In this document: positions 12,170-25,340 of the stretch, one piece after another | How positions within the stretch are numbered: position 1 is the first letter of the stretch | Layout: each line of letters begins with the position of its first letter | Source of the DNA: Toensbergia leucococca | Taxonomy: Eukaryota | Direction: 5' to 3' | Length of the DNA: 64,000 nucleotides | Assembly: GCA_022813965.1 (NCBI GenBank) | Contig: JALDZS010000020.1 | Coordinates: 1-64,000, forward strand | Program-made: the position numbers and the translations under genes | The notes under the pieces: model-generated | What the model saw: the letters and a program-made list of their open reading frames with translations, nothing else | The model's database searches: none | What the model was told of the DNA's origin: nothing

Positions 12170-13516
12170 TCAATCTTCTACGCCGGAGGAAGAGTCCATC
12201 TCACTCGTAAATGGGGCTGACTGGTTCACTTCGTAATCTATGCGTGCAATCGTACGAGCAAGCCATTGGGGTGTATCTTTGAGGTCTTCGTCGTTCGCCG
12301 AAAGAGGAGATCGTTTAGCACAAGGTCTGGCTTCGGAGCTTTCAACGTTGATGGTAGTAGACGAGCACTCTGTAGACTTGGGAGACGTAAGTCTACTTTT
12401 TGGAGGTCTGGTAAGTACTCCTCCTTTGCCTGCGGTGCCAGATTCAACACTCCCTGTCCATACATCGACACTGTGCTTTCGTTGAAGCTCCATGCTCTCG
12501 CAGACCACATTACCGTATGCCTTCTGAAGTCGCTCATGGTCATGCTCAAGATTATTGAGCGTATCATAAGCTTCGGTCAACTTGGTGTCGGTTTCACTCA
12601 GCTCTGCTTTCAAAGCTCTCACGAGTTTCACACCGCGAGATACGATGGGGACTTTCGCCACATCTCCTGTGTTGGTTCTCGACGTGGCACTAGAAAAGCA
12701 CACTCGTGGAATTTCCCCTTTCAGGCGCTTGAGCTCGAGGTTCATCTTCCAACGACGGTCTCTTTCGACTACTTTGTGAGGCTTCGATGCTGTCTTTTTT
12801 CCTGTTGCGGGCCTATTCTTTCTAAATCTTCGGCCCACTGATGATGGCATGTTAGAATGCCGAACGAGTAGCGAAGACTGTTTCCATACATTGAGTCGAT
12901 GTCGTCCTTCGACGCCGGGAGTAAGTTCGGAGGCCAATGTATCATGAGGGTCATGCTCGAGTATTGCCTTGAGGTCAAAAGCTTCTAATGCTTCGAATAG
13001 CAATTTACTGACATTTTCTGGCGCCGGCTTACGTTCCATTGCTTCGAGCACTCTTGACAGTAAATTACGGACATGGTCAGGGGTCATCCTTAGGTCAATG
13101 ACTTCCAACAGTAATTTTCCAAGCTCATGAATCGTTCCCACGTCAATTGGACCTTCCAAAAATTGGCGGGCTGTAGCCAATGGATCTAGAGTGACCTGCC
13201 GTTGAGGTATTTCCTGACAACCATAATTATCTAGCGCTGCGTTCGTAGCTACGAACGAAGAACAGAGAAAAGGGTCTGAGGGCGCGGCAGACTGGTGCCG
13301 ATTTCTAGGAAACTCCTCTAGATAGGCCTGGCCAATTGATATTCTAAGGGGTACATTATGTTTCGATGATGGAGACGGATGCGCATTTAGCTCAGCTCCA
13401 AGTACTTCATAGATTGGTGGCAAAGTTCTGTAACAGCAATATATTAGGCTCAAAGCAACGTCATTAACTTCCTGGGTCAACGTAACATACGTATGGTCTC
13501 TCAAAAAGATGTCCAT
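12170..13516 (-). CDS. Hypothetical protein (448 aa, intronless ORF, coiled coil and basic NLS-like stretch)
   Basis: Long uninterrupted ORF; heptad region LKAELSETDTKLTEAYDTLNNLEHDHERLQKAY; no family recognised. Confidence 0.6.
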   Translation of the reverse strand: MDIFLRDHTYVTLTQEVNDVALSLIYCCYRTLPPIYEVLGAELNAHPSPSSKHNVPLRISIGQAYLEEFPRNRHQSAAPSDPFLCSSFVATNAALDNYGCQEIPQRQVTLDPLATARQFLEGPIDVGTIHELGKLLLEVIDLRMTPDHVRNLLSRVLEAMERKPAPENVSKLLFEALEAFDLKAILEHDPHDTLASELTPGVEGRHRLNVWKQSSLLVRHSNMPSSVGRRFRKNRPATGKKTASKPHKVVERDRRWKMNLELKRLKGEIPRVCFSSATSRTNTGDVAKVPIVSRGVKLVRALKAELSETDTKLTEAYDTLNNLEHDHERLQKAYGNVVCESMELQRKHSVDVWTGSVESGTAGKGGVLTRPPKSRLTSPKSTECSSTTINVESSEARPCAKRSPLSANDEDLKDTPQWLARTIARIDYEVNQSAPFTSEMDSSSGVED

Positions 13517-14565
13517 GAATAGGAAATGGTCAAGCCAATCTGTGGCAGAATGGCCTTGAGAAGTTAGGTACTAGACATGTTCGAGGAGAGTAAAACGTAA
13601 GGAGGGGTGCGGAAGTCATAAATCATATAAAATTGGATTCTATATGAAGTCATGAATTCCTTCTCAAACTGGGATGACTAGTTTTGCATAAAGTGGTAGA
13701 GACGAAGTGCAACCGATGGCAGCAGGAAGAGCTTACACGATGGAGGTACATGACAGAAAGTGCATGAAGTGATACGAAAGTGCAAGGAAACATATTTCAC
13801 TCAGCCCTTGCGTTGACCTTACATACCGGACCCTCTTCAAGCAAGCGCTGTTTCATTTCTGCATTCATCCTAGACATCCCAAAGCACTTGAACGTTGACT
13901 TGGATAGAACGCGTTGAAGAAGAGTCTGGCGGTCTTATTTACAGACATGCATACCTAGTGTATGTAAGAGAGAGTTGGGAGTACAGGAGTACACTAACAC
14001 TGAACACGCATTGATCAAAATATTAGACAGCGCAAAGAGCGCTTGGACTTCGTCTTTGCGGAGTGTGAGTTGCTTCAGATGTCGGCCCTAGTCCACTCCG
14101 CAAGTCGGACTTAAGTTCGATCAAGACTTGAAGACTTGTGAAGTAGCAAAAAAAGGGTTGACTAATTCCTATAACACCGTGTAAAGCCAAAGATAGCATT
14201 GCATCAAAAACAATGAGAGCCAAGATGAAATTTGAAGACCATTGTGGACTGTGGAAATACATGCAGTCTTTGGCTTATCATTACTTTACGGATAAACGTA
14301 CAAAAACCTGTTTGTGAAACTCACTGAGGCTTCATACATTAGGAAATCACAACCCCGCTAAACAATTTGCTCTTCAACTTCTCCTGGACCTCAGCTCATC
14401 TTCTTTGAGTAATAACCCGTAAGCTTCAAGACAATGCAAGGCGCGCCAAGACGATCCCAATGAATGAAGTGTCGCTCAAAGCTCTAAAATCTGGAATGCA
14501 GAAAGGGAACATGACAAACTGCTAACTAGGCTCGACACAGAAAAGAGAAGACCGCCAATTGTACC

Positions 14566-15964
14566 CTACAAGAAGAGTTGCAAGAGCGCCCCAATGAGAG
14601 AAGTTCCAACCACGATGGCAGGGTAGTTGACCTCAACATGGCCTGCAGCACCAGTAGGTTTGGACGAGGAGCTTGAGGTAGAAGAAGGATTGGTACCCGC
14701 AGTCCCAGGCTTGACGTCGCTGGAGGAGCAGACATAATTGCCCCTGATGACCTTATTGGTGTTGTCGGTATTGAAGGCGGAGCAGTCGAATTGTCCCGAA
14801 GTTTGCATATTGAAAGCACCTTGCACCTGGGTAAGGGCAGGCAGGGAAACACTGCAGACATTAGTCCTTTATCTGAATACCCACGGAGCTGCCTCAGATA
14901 CTACTTACTTCGTGAAATTTCCACTGAAGTCAAGCGCGCCTGTGATGATAGATAGCTGCTGAAAGCCATCGATAACTTTTAATTCTGTGTTGTTCGCAAT
15001 CTGATAGGTCCCATTGATTGTCTTGAGCATAGGTAGCGAAATATTGGTTAGTTGTGTATTATCAACGAAGACGATCCCTCCAGCAGTGGTAAGATTTGGT
15101 GCCGAGAAACTAGTAAAAGAATTGCCGTAAAACCCCAGGTCCTGAGTGACATTGGCAAGCGCCGGTAGTAGGATTTCGCTGCAGTTACGGAATGTCATGT
15201 TCGTAGCTGTCTCAAGCTGTGGGAAAGAAGTTGAAAGCCCGGATACAAATCCATCGTTGGCTTCTATATCCAGTGAATTCGTGATACTGGTCACTGCCAA
15301 ACTGATGTTTGTTAAAGACGGGTTATTGTTGACGTTGAATGTGTCTACCTGCTGCAGGTTGTTGATACCCTCGAGCGAGCTGAGACCAGTATTGGTGATC
15401 AGCACACTCGAGGCTTTCTGGAGTCCCTTGCCGCCAAATGAGAGGGTCTGTAAACCTGCAAGTGCAGTGAAATTGAGAGTGGTGACCTCGTTGATGGCTG
15501 GAAATGTGAGTGTAGACAGGACAGTTAGTGAGCCTAACTCAATGCCACCTATTGTAGTGAGATCCCCAAATTCCAGGCTAGATAGGTAGATGGCGTTGGT
15601 GACCGTCAGGTTGCCGCTTATTTCCTTTACACCATTGACAACAACCTGTTGGTGGCCATTGGAATCTTTGGGTGTGGCAAGATTTGACGCGATGGCAATA
15701 GAGCCGCTGTACGTAGTACACGAAGCCAACGCTGAGGCATCAGCCGAGCTTACGATCGTCGAGGTTGCGGAATTGCTGCATTGAGCTAGACCACGCATCT
15801 GGTTAGTGAAAGTCCTTTTGAGAATATACTAATAAGAAGATGGAAAAGGAGTTCATTCGATCAAGGTGTTGAGGGTGCTCTCGTAGAGCTTAGGAGACAT
15901 GAGACTTACCAGCGACAGTGCTTACTACGGTCAGTGCCGCGAGTAAGTATGTATTGATGGCCAT
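14566..15964 (-). CDS. ECM33: GPI-anchored cell wall organisation protein Ecm33/Pst1 (receptor L-domain-like)
   Basis: Signal-peptide exon at 15964, repeated FPxL/LPxL units with many NxS/T sites, FDCS..GNYVC, Ser-rich omega region and hydrophobic C-terminus. Confidence 0.9.
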
Positions 15965-17600
15965 TGCTTAAGGTATTTGAGCTGTGAGCTGTGGCTGCAA
16001 TTGGTCAGCTTGCTGGGTGATGGCAACGATGGCTAAGAGTGGCAGCATGGGTAAGAGAACGCGACGTAGGAGCAATTACAACGGTAGCTAGGGCAATAAC
16101 AACGAGGATACTTACATGAAGCAGTGGTTTAAGAACTACTTATCAGTTGATGGAGAAGATGGGTAATGGCTGGTTGGGTAATGTTGGGTGAATGAAAAAG
16201 TGGTTGGAATGTTTTGGACCGAGCGAGTGTGAAGAAAAAAGAAGTGGGATGAGGAAGGATACAATTAAAAGGAGCTAGCCGACTTGGGAGTTCAAGACCC
16301 CGAGAGAAGGCGCGACTGATGAGTACGAGATTCTAAGAAGGAATGAACGACAGGAAGGGTTGTCTGGCGAGGATGGGGAAGTGGAAGGAAAAATGGCGGG
16401 AAAAAGGGAGAACTGGGTTTGTTTCTGTTTCGCTTCAAGTGGCCCAATCTCTAATTTTTCTATACGGTATTTAATCCTAGCTTGATAAGACTCGAGCTCG
16501 GTAGCGCAAGAAAAAATCCAAGGTCCAGATTATTCCAGATAAGCACAGTGCTTAATGTCGAGTCTACCTACTTATTCACGATAGGATGGTCTAGAAATTT
16601 GCGAGCTTGATGGGGAGGTATCTAAAACTTATCGAAGAGGGGTTTGATGCGCATGGATTACTGTGATACGGATAATTCGGAAAGCTTTGTCCATCTTCAC
16701 ATCTGCACGGCAAGCGCACGTTTTGATGCGATTGTGGGAGGGCCTCGTAATCCTCGATCATCCATCCTGACGCTTGTTGCTACAGGGATAATCATTGATC
16801 GGTCTCGAGTCTGAATCAGAATACAGTCCATAGAACCATATACAGAAGTTCTGTGTGAGCATGATGGACATCGGGATAGTATCCTCTGCGCCACGAAACC
16901 ACTCCCACTCATTGATATTGCTTGTCAGCTTTCAACGACGAAGGGCATTTTATGCAGTGCGTAGAAAATTTCAAGCCACCACGTTAGTACCATCACCAAT
17001 TTGGCCTGCCAAGATAGCATGTTTCTCGCCAATCAACAAGTAGGAAAACTTATTTTAAGCCTCACCTTCCCAATTCAGCTAGATTACCTAGACTCGAGAC
17101 TAGGTGCTTAGCAACGAAAATTGAAGTATCATGAACAGTTGCGAATTGGTATACAGAAGAAACACCCCGGATCAATAAGCCTCACGCCTAGGAAGTCTAG
17201 ATATTCTAGTATTGTGAAATTGTCAGTGAGGTGATAAGAATTACCTCATTATCCTAGGCACAGGGTAACTACTAGTAGGCTAGATGATTGTGCATAGCGA
17301 CCTTCGGTCACTGGGACAGTAAATGAACTCATCATCATCATCATGAACAGTTGTGAACGGATATAATCCTACGTAGCTTCTTTCTAATATGTTAGCATTG
17401 CCTTTGGCTCAGGAGCTTTGGTAAAAAAGACACCGACTCCGAATTTCGGTCAACGAATCCAAGGGAATATTTTCAGTGTCATTCAAGAGCACAAAAGAGG
17501 TGTTTATGCTATCCCATGAGGAACACATCATAATTCCAATCTCTAGACTAAATCGTGTAATAGTATACGGATTTCGACCTATGGCTACACTAGACTTGCG

Positions 17601-18889
17601 ATGACAATGTCCTCGAGACGAACCCTGCGAAGCACTGCAGGAGCATTGTCCGAGAGCTGCCAGATACAAAAGTCTGCTGCCGCAACGCCTGCTAGAGCGA
17701 CAAGGCCTCGGAGGAACAAGCATTCATTCCCTGAACCAGAGGGTGAGAATGGAGAAGCACATCGTAGGCTATCTGCAAAGCCATCGACCCCAAATCCCAA
17801 AAGAGCAAGGCTTGCGTCTACAAAATCACCTCAAAACATCTCTGCGGAGGCACATCCGCGGATAGGAGAATTACGAACTATTTACAGCACCGGTGACATC
17901 GACGATGCCACGCCCCCGCCCTTTCCTCCTGATAGGCCGGCTGAGCCTCACCAGACAAATGCTCCGCTAAACACCCCTGGCGGCTCTCGCCTTATCACCT
18001 ACTCAGCAGAGACTCTCAACTGCTCTCCTAGCAAGACTGGTATTCCTCGGCCCACCACTACCACCACCCAGTTATTGGAACAAGCATGTGCTCATCTTAT
18101 CAAGGCAGACCCGCGCCTGAAACCAATAGTCGAGAAGCACCACTGTCATGTCTTCTCTCCGCAAGGCCTGGCAGAGGTTATTGACCCTTTCCAAAGCCTG
18201 TCCAGTGGGATTATTGCCCAGCAAGTATCGGGCGCGGCAGCTAAATCGATCAAGAATAAGTTTATTAGTCTTTTCAATGAAAATAATGTAGAAGGAGAAC
18301 CGCAAAAGCCGTGGGCGTTTCCCAAGCCTGTGCAAGTCGCAGCTTGTAATACCTCTTTCCTACGTCAGGCAGGTCTGTCCGAACGAAAGGCAGAGTATAT
18401 CAAAGGTCTTGCCGAGCAATTCGCGAACGGGAACTTGAGTGCCGAAATGTTGATCAAGGCGAGCGATGAAGAAGTGCTAGAAAAGCTTATTGCAGTGAGA
18501 GGATTGGGAAAATGGTCTGTGGAGATGTTCGCATGTTTTGGGCTGAAGAGAATGGACGTGTTCTCCACAGGCGATCTTGGTGTCCAGTATGATTTTCTTT
18601 GTCTCCACTTTGCCTCCGATGGCTAAGAAAGTTGCTAATGCTCTGTTAGGAAGGGCTTGGCTTTGTTCATGGGTAAAGATGTGAAGAAGCTGAAGGCGAA
18701 AGGAGGTAAATGGAAGTACATGTCCGAGCTAGACATGCTAAACAATTCAGCTAAGTTCGCTCCGTACCGGTAAGCCCTTGTAGCGGCGGCGCATCTTTCT
18801 TTCAGAATCTGACTAGTAGCAGAAGCCTTTTCATGTGGTATATGTGGAGAGTATGTGATATTGATATAGACGCCGTAGAAATTCAATGA
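17601..18889 (+). CDS. MAG1: DNA-3-methyladenine glycosylase (HhH-GPD, AlkA family)
   Basis: IIAQQVSGAAAKSI, LRQAGLSERKAEYI, HhH VRGLGKWSVEMF..GDLGVQ, FAPYRSLFMWYMWR. Confidence 0.9.
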
Positions 18890-19232
18890 AAAATAGAGAA
18901 ACTCTTCTCGGTCGTTCTTACACACAGCTATAGAGCATGGCGATGCTAAATTCATGTTGATCGCTGCTAAACTTACTTCAGCTCGCTCCAATGTGAAGCT
19001 CAGAACGTAAACCTTGAATTTTGAATAAGCAGAGTCTGATTGTTCTCCTGTAGCCTTCGTATTAGGTACAAAAGTGTGTGAGTGTGATAACCCATATCCC
19101 TTGATGTTCAAACAAGTCTTCTCGAACACACACCTTGTATGTGCTAAAGTACAGTCTGTCGCAGCAATGACAATTGGCCTTCTTGAAGAAAAAAGACATG
19201 CCACTACTACGCTCATCTTATCGAAAATGCTG

Positions 19233-19776
19233 TTACAACTTCCTTTTCTTCACAATCATGGCTTCCAGATCGCCCTTCTCTTTGTTCTCAGCTTCAATCT
19301 GTTTAATGATAGGTGTGAGATACAAGTAATCCTGTTACATAGGTAAGCTGATTGATCAACGTGAGGCTGACCAAGGTTGTATCTTACTTCTTCTTCTGTG
19401 GTTTGTTGATCTTTGGGAAGCAATTGATGAGCAAGTGAACACTTGGTGCTGGTCAATGACGTTTACACAGTATCTTTATCCGATTGAGACAAACCTGGAA
19501 AGCTCTTCTTAGTCGGAAAACTCGATCATAAGCCTCTTTAGGCGGCAGGCGTTTCAGGGCAAGTAGCACAGTGTCGTTTTCTTCAGGTATCAGATCGTCG
19601 GACCTGTATCGCAAGTCTATCAGTCACTAACATGGTGTGACTGATTTGAGTATCAGCTACTTTAACCCAAGCTGTCTCCATCCTGCCACTTCGCAATACC
19701 ACCTCGATAATGGTCGGAACCAACGGTCCAGATATGGCCGCTTCATGATGAAGTTGGTCCAAGACGGTTTGGACAT
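19233..19776 (-). CDS. QCR7: Ubiquinol-cytochrome c reductase subunit 7 (14 kDa)
   Basis: Spliced translation [87 protein letters not shown]; only fragments appear in the ORF track. Confidence 0.92.
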
Positions 19777-20198
19777 GATTGCGAATAGGAGGGAAAGTAG
19801 AGAGGTAGGAGTCGTTCACGAATGGTGAAGCATTGACTGGTAGGTGGCACGGGCCTTGGAGTATCACTGCTGCAGTGATAAAATACCTTACCTCTAGCAT
19901 TACTGCAGAACAGCTCCCAACTTCGACTTCACAATCCACACAATCTTTCACCCCCAACGACCTCTCTACATCCTGTGATTTCTCTATTATGATCGTTAAT
20001 TATCATACTCTGGACCTTGTATAATTATGGAGCCCTTTAGCTGTTGAGTGCCAAACCCTCAATCCTCAGTAGTATTGAACCCCGCACTGAGGATCCAAAG
20101 CGGTGAGATTTTGTATTCAGCTTCAAAAAAGCCCCCTCTTGTTGCTAGACAGTCGCAGATGTCTCGCTAGTGAGGATTGAGACTTTCTTGATCAAAGA

Positions 20199-21430
20199 AT
20201 GTCCTTCGACCGAGACCCGGCATCGTCGATCACCACCCCGCATGATGCTGCGTCCAGCTCCCCAATTTCTCGTCTCGAGTCATGGGCTGCACGGCTTCCC
20301 GAAGTCTACGTGGTACCAGTATCTGGAGGCCTCGCTGGAGCTGCCTCGGGTATCGTGAGCTGTCCATTGGATGTTATCAAGACGAAATTACAGGCGCAGG
20401 GTGGCTTTAAGGTACCCAAAGACGGCCACAAGCTCAATACCGCAGCATACCGGGGTGTTCATGGGACCGCTGCCACCATCTGGAGAGAAGAGGGCTTGAA
20501 GGGCATGTATCGAGGGCTTGGACCAATGCTGCTGGGTTACGTACCGACCTGGGCCGTTTATCTGACTGTCTACAATAAAGCCCAAGGCTACTTCAACACC
20601 AAGACTGGTGGGTGGATCATATTGTATAGTAGCTTTAGGGAAATCGCTAAGAATCCTACGCAGAGAGCAGATTTCTTGCAAACGTGTATGCCTCTCTAAC
20701 GGGAGGGGCATGTTCGACTATGGTGACAAATCCTATCTGGGTAATAAAGACACGACTTATGGCTCAGAGTGGCTCAAGGGCAGCAAAAAATCATCGCCGA
20801 CCTCCTTGGCATTACCGGAACACCCTTGACGCTGCCCGAAAGATGTATCGGGTCGAGGGGTTGCTGTCATTCTATTCAGGCTTGACACCTGCTTTACTAG
20901 GCTTGACTCACGTAGCCATACAATTTCCTCTGTACGAAATATTCAAGGTGAAATTTACTGGTATTGTGGCTGGACAGGATGAGTCAGATGAAGACCGAAG
21001 TCACCACTTTTATGGCCTCTCATTGGCTGTGTTTCTGAGCAAGGTGTGCGCAAGCACTGCAACGTATCCTCATGAAGTTGTGCGGACTCGGTTACAAACA
21101 CAGCAGAGATCTATGCCCAACCATACTTCGGAGAGCAGGCCATTACAAGGCGGATTAGAAAAGTCCGGAGACCATGGCCGGCCTCCGGGTGGAGCATCTT
21201 CTGACGGAATGGTGAATACCTTACGATATCGAGGGACTGTGCAGACGTGTAAGCTCATCCTCTTGGAAGAAGGCTGGAGGGGATTCTATGCCGGCCTCGG
21301 CACAAATCTTATCAGAGCTGTACCTTCGGCTATGACCACGATACTTACCTTCGAATACTTGAAGAAGACCATACACCGCCTAAGAAAGGAAGGAGAATCA
21401 AAGACCGAGTCTGGATCAGGCGCTATGTGA
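20199..21430 (+). CDS. NDT1: Mitochondrial carrier, NAD+ transporter subfamily (Ndt1/Yia6-like)
   Basis: Three carrier signatures PLDVIKTKLQ, PIWVIKTRLM, PHEVVRTRLQ; GYVPTWAVY and HVAIQFPLYE are typical of NAD carriers; start codon uncertain. Confidence 0.82.
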
Positions 21431-22158
21431 AGGTCTTTCGTGCATTAGACCAAGGTCCGCGCCGGACCTACCCGCGGTTGTGATTTTCTTCGTTGCTTAT
21501 CACCAAGCATTTTTGACCTGGATTCTGGGACGTCTGATTGGGTTTCCCGACGTGTCCCTACTTCCTATTTGGCTAGAGTGAATGTGCGCACAGAAGTACT
21601 AAAAGGGGTTCAAAGCGCATATGAGGCATTACTGATTGCAGCAGGCGCCAAGCGGTTTTGACCAAGTCTGAACTGTGGATGATGGCATCTGGGTCCGTAG
21701 GGGCTTTACAGGGTTCTTCTGAACTGTTGACTAAATAGGCTGTCGCACTTTCCATGGAGGACTGTACATAAGAGTCTCTGTAGAGGAATTCACAATTTAC
21801 CGCTTCCCCTGCAACGACATTGAAGCCTTGAACGAAGCCGAAATCAGGGCTGGATCTTCTCCCTGATCGGAGCACCAGGTATTTAACAATAGGGAAGCAC
21901 TTCTACTACAACCATAAGAAATCCCCGTCGGCTCACAATGCTCCATGCTTATTAAATATTCAGATCTACTAAAAAGCCCTGCTCCACAGGAAAGGAGGTA
22001 TGCTGTAGCAACAATATGTAGAGGAAAGCGAAATTTAGAATATCTGGTGCCCAATTTTGATATTCACCATACAGAAGATACCATCTGGACTCCAGTTGCC
22101 AATACCACGTTTCTATCTAGCGCCGCGTTCAATGCTTACAACATCGCAAAAAGCTTGC

Positions 22159-24049
22159 TCAGGGTATTAGCCGACTAAAGGAAAGGTATGTTTCATACAA
22201 GGAGAGCTTAAGTTCGATTCTCACGTAAGAGCTCCAAGCGCTCAGCAGTCGAAAGAGGTTTCGTGGCCATATCATTCTGCCATTTTGGCCAATATTCTCT
22301 ATTTGCTCGTGAAGGACAGTCCTGCTGCAGTAGCGGGCAAGGATCATGAAGGTGCGGACCGGGCCTCCTCGAGTTTGTAGGTTCTCGTCTAAGCTACGAG
22401 CTACTCCTGTTAGCACTTCCAATCCCACCAGGCATTCCCCCTCGACCTACTGAGATCATTTGTTTTCAAGATCAGAAGAACAATCCTTGGCACTTTGCCC
22501 AAGAGCTGCACCAATTGCTGCAGCATTCCTTCGCTCATAGCTTCCGAGATCTCATTTTTCTCTTGGTCTGACCTGGACGATATAACAGACTTTGTCACAA
22601 CTCTGTAATCTCGTCCTGTAATTGCGCTCGCAAATAGAGGGAACTGATCATCCGTGATCCCGGCGACCTTGCGGGCGTATTTGCGCATGTCGTTCTCGTC
22701 TGCGTTGATGACTGCGAGCCACAACCTGGCGTAATCTCGCCGAATTTGCTTCGGTATGTCTCGATAAAGGCCATGGTCATACAAGATGATATCGAAATTT
22801 GGCTTTCGTCTGGAGGTATTTTTCCGTATAGCAATATTGCCTCCGTGGGGGTCACAGTGCCTGGTCATATCTGTCAGACTTTTGATGAAACGTAAGATCT
22901 GTATATTGCGTTTTGGACTTGCAGTGGTGCACCGTCTCCAAAAATCATCTCATTGAATATGTGCGCTAGAGCAGCTGAGACTTCGTCGCGATCGATAGCG
23001 TTTGAGTCGATGTACTCAAGATCATCTGGCCTGTGACCAGCTATGTACTCCATAACTAATATCCTCTTCAAACCCCATCTCACATCTGGTATTAGTAAAG
23101 GTATGCCTTTGATGTTCCTAAAATACGCCTTCGCACGCAGCGCATTTTCTCCTTCAAGAGTAAAATCCAGCTCCTGTGGTAGTGAAGTCTCCATCTCTTC
23201 CGAAAGCCATTCGAGATCATAGTCCGGGAAAAACCTCCTCAGTGCCGAAAATATGAACCTGGTGAGGGCTAAGTCTAGTGGTACCCACTCTGCTAAACTT
23301 GGATGCTGGACTTTGACGGCTACCTTCTCGCCGCTGCCCTTCAATGTTGCTCGATGAACTTGCGCGAGGGAAGCGGCGCCGATGGGTGTCCTCTCAAAAT
23401 CGTCAAAAAGAGCGGTAATGGGATGTCCAGTATCCTTGATAAACATGTCTTCAATCGATTCATAGGAAGATACCGGACACTTGTCTTGTAGGGGGACGAA
23501 TGTTGATGTCCACTCGGTAGGCAGGAGGTAATTCATACAGCTCATTGCTTGGCCTAGCTTTATGAAAATTGAGCCGTTTCTCTCCAAAACATGCAACGTT
23601 CGCTCGGCGCATCGTTTATGACATGCCTTGACGACAGTGGGCCATTGTTCTTCATTTTCGGCCTTTCCGTTTAGTGTAACCCGATAGCTATAGACAAAAC
23701 ACTTTAGTCAAAATGAATGATATGCAGTTGGATCAAAAACTAACTCGTTGATACAAATGGCGAGAGTCGCTAACACACGTCCAGTTCTCTTCATTGCGGT
23801 ATAGCCGTGCTTCAGATCGTCGGCGAAGGTATACACAGTACCAGCACCCATTACGCCGGACACTGATGCGAAAATCATTGGTTTCTTTAGGGCCCACGGA
23901 GTTTTTGAACTCGCCGTCCTGGTGGCGTATGTGGCAGTCTGAAAAGTAGTCTTTCGCAGGCCTTGCTGCCGTTGCAAGCATCTTCGACAGGTCCATGAGT
24001 TTACGGGTTTGACTGTCATCGCAGTCGGTCTTACACTCCTCATCGTCAT
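22159..24049 (-). CDS. ABC1/UbiB atypical kinase (ADCK1/Mcp2-like), mitochondrial
   Basis: IFIKLGQ, IGAASLAQVH, VAVKVQHP, ELDF..EG.N, HCDPHGGN, YDHGLY; basic presequence. Confidence 0.88.
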
Positions 24050-24206
24050 TTAGTCAACATTGCTTCTTCACGAAACTAATCCCTTGAATGCAAAAACAAT
24101 ACTGAGTAATAGTTTGATAGGTTCCTCGGTTCACTGCTCAAGAACGCCAAGATTTACCCCAATCCTAAGGAAGGTCATGGTCATGGTCATGTATCTAACC
24201 TAATCA

Positions 24207-25135
24207 GGTAAGAATTTGGATGTAATCTACGCTTATTCCTCATGTTATCAAAGTTACCATATCTTACAATTCTTTTACATTCAACGCAAACTCAACCATC
24301 AATCATCTAAATTTTGACTCAATTAGGCAATAGTGTGCCCTGAGCGCGATGTAGCATAGGGAATCATCATGATTTCACATCACATTTGCGCTTGATTCTC
24401 TATCACCATTCAATCTATTTACTTGTTCTATTCGCGTGCCATCTAGAAGTCAAATTACCTAGGAGAAAAATCATGCTTTTGTACAACATCCTGACTTGAT
24501 TCCGGGCGCACAATCACCTCCCTGATCGCAAAAAACATTGTGATTCTGAATCACCTCCTTCCAAAATCATGAAACACCCTGTTATCTACAGGAACTCCAC
24601 CTCCCCCCCTCCCTCTATTTCCTCGCCCTCCTCTAGGTCCTCAGCCACCTCAGTCACCCCGGTCACCGCCCCGGCCGCCCCCCTGAAGACCTTGTTCTAC
24701 TACCTTAAATTGAGACAATTCTCTCTGTGTACCTCTATCAAACGTCTGTTGTTGTCTCTCACCCTGAGGTCAGTTGAGGGTTCCTGTAGGACGGTCACGG
24801 GGGTGAGCAACAGCGGGATCCTGAATCAATGGCAGAGGATCTATCTCAGGGGAAGGTGAGGTGTGTTTTGAGTTCATCAGATGTGAAAAATCAGAGTTCA
24901 TGGTGAAGAATTAGGTGAAAACGTGATACGATATCAGGATGATTCCCTACTGCAGTGAAGGTGATAGATGGCACGTGGAATCATGAGGTGTAAGACATGC
25001 AAAGGTGGCGGGGAATCGAGGCAAGATGTGGTGCGAAATGATAGATTTTCCCTCAGTGGTATTGCGCCCGGAGGTGGGGTGGGGGGGGGGAGGGGTGTAC
25101 ACGTATCAAAAGGGGGTGTACACGTATCACTTACC
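24207..25135. mobile_element. Degenerate copy of the 9620-10270 MITE family, opposite orientation
   Basis: 24434-24610 matches the reverse complement of about 9950-10122, and 24950-25135 matches the reverse complement of 9620-9808; the right end has the twin GATAC..ACACCCC TIR repeats; the left arm is eroded. Confidence 0.8.
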
Positions 25136-25340
25136 TGATTAGGTTAGATACATGACCATGACCATGACCTTCCTTAGGTAGGTCGGGGGAAGATTTATCC
25201 TTATAAGGTCCTCCTAGTTGCTTCTAGCCCGAAGTAGTATTCTAGGGTATGGATACTCCGTATCTTATTGCTTCACAATCATAAGCAAGGTAAATGAGGT
25301 TTTCTTAAAACTGGAAACAAACAGCTCATATGCAAGTATC

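Noticed and set aside
14056..14103. 10-bp stem TTGCGGAGTG/CACTCCGCAA downstream of ECM33
   Set aside because: A single short hairpin with no box motifs; compatible with chance
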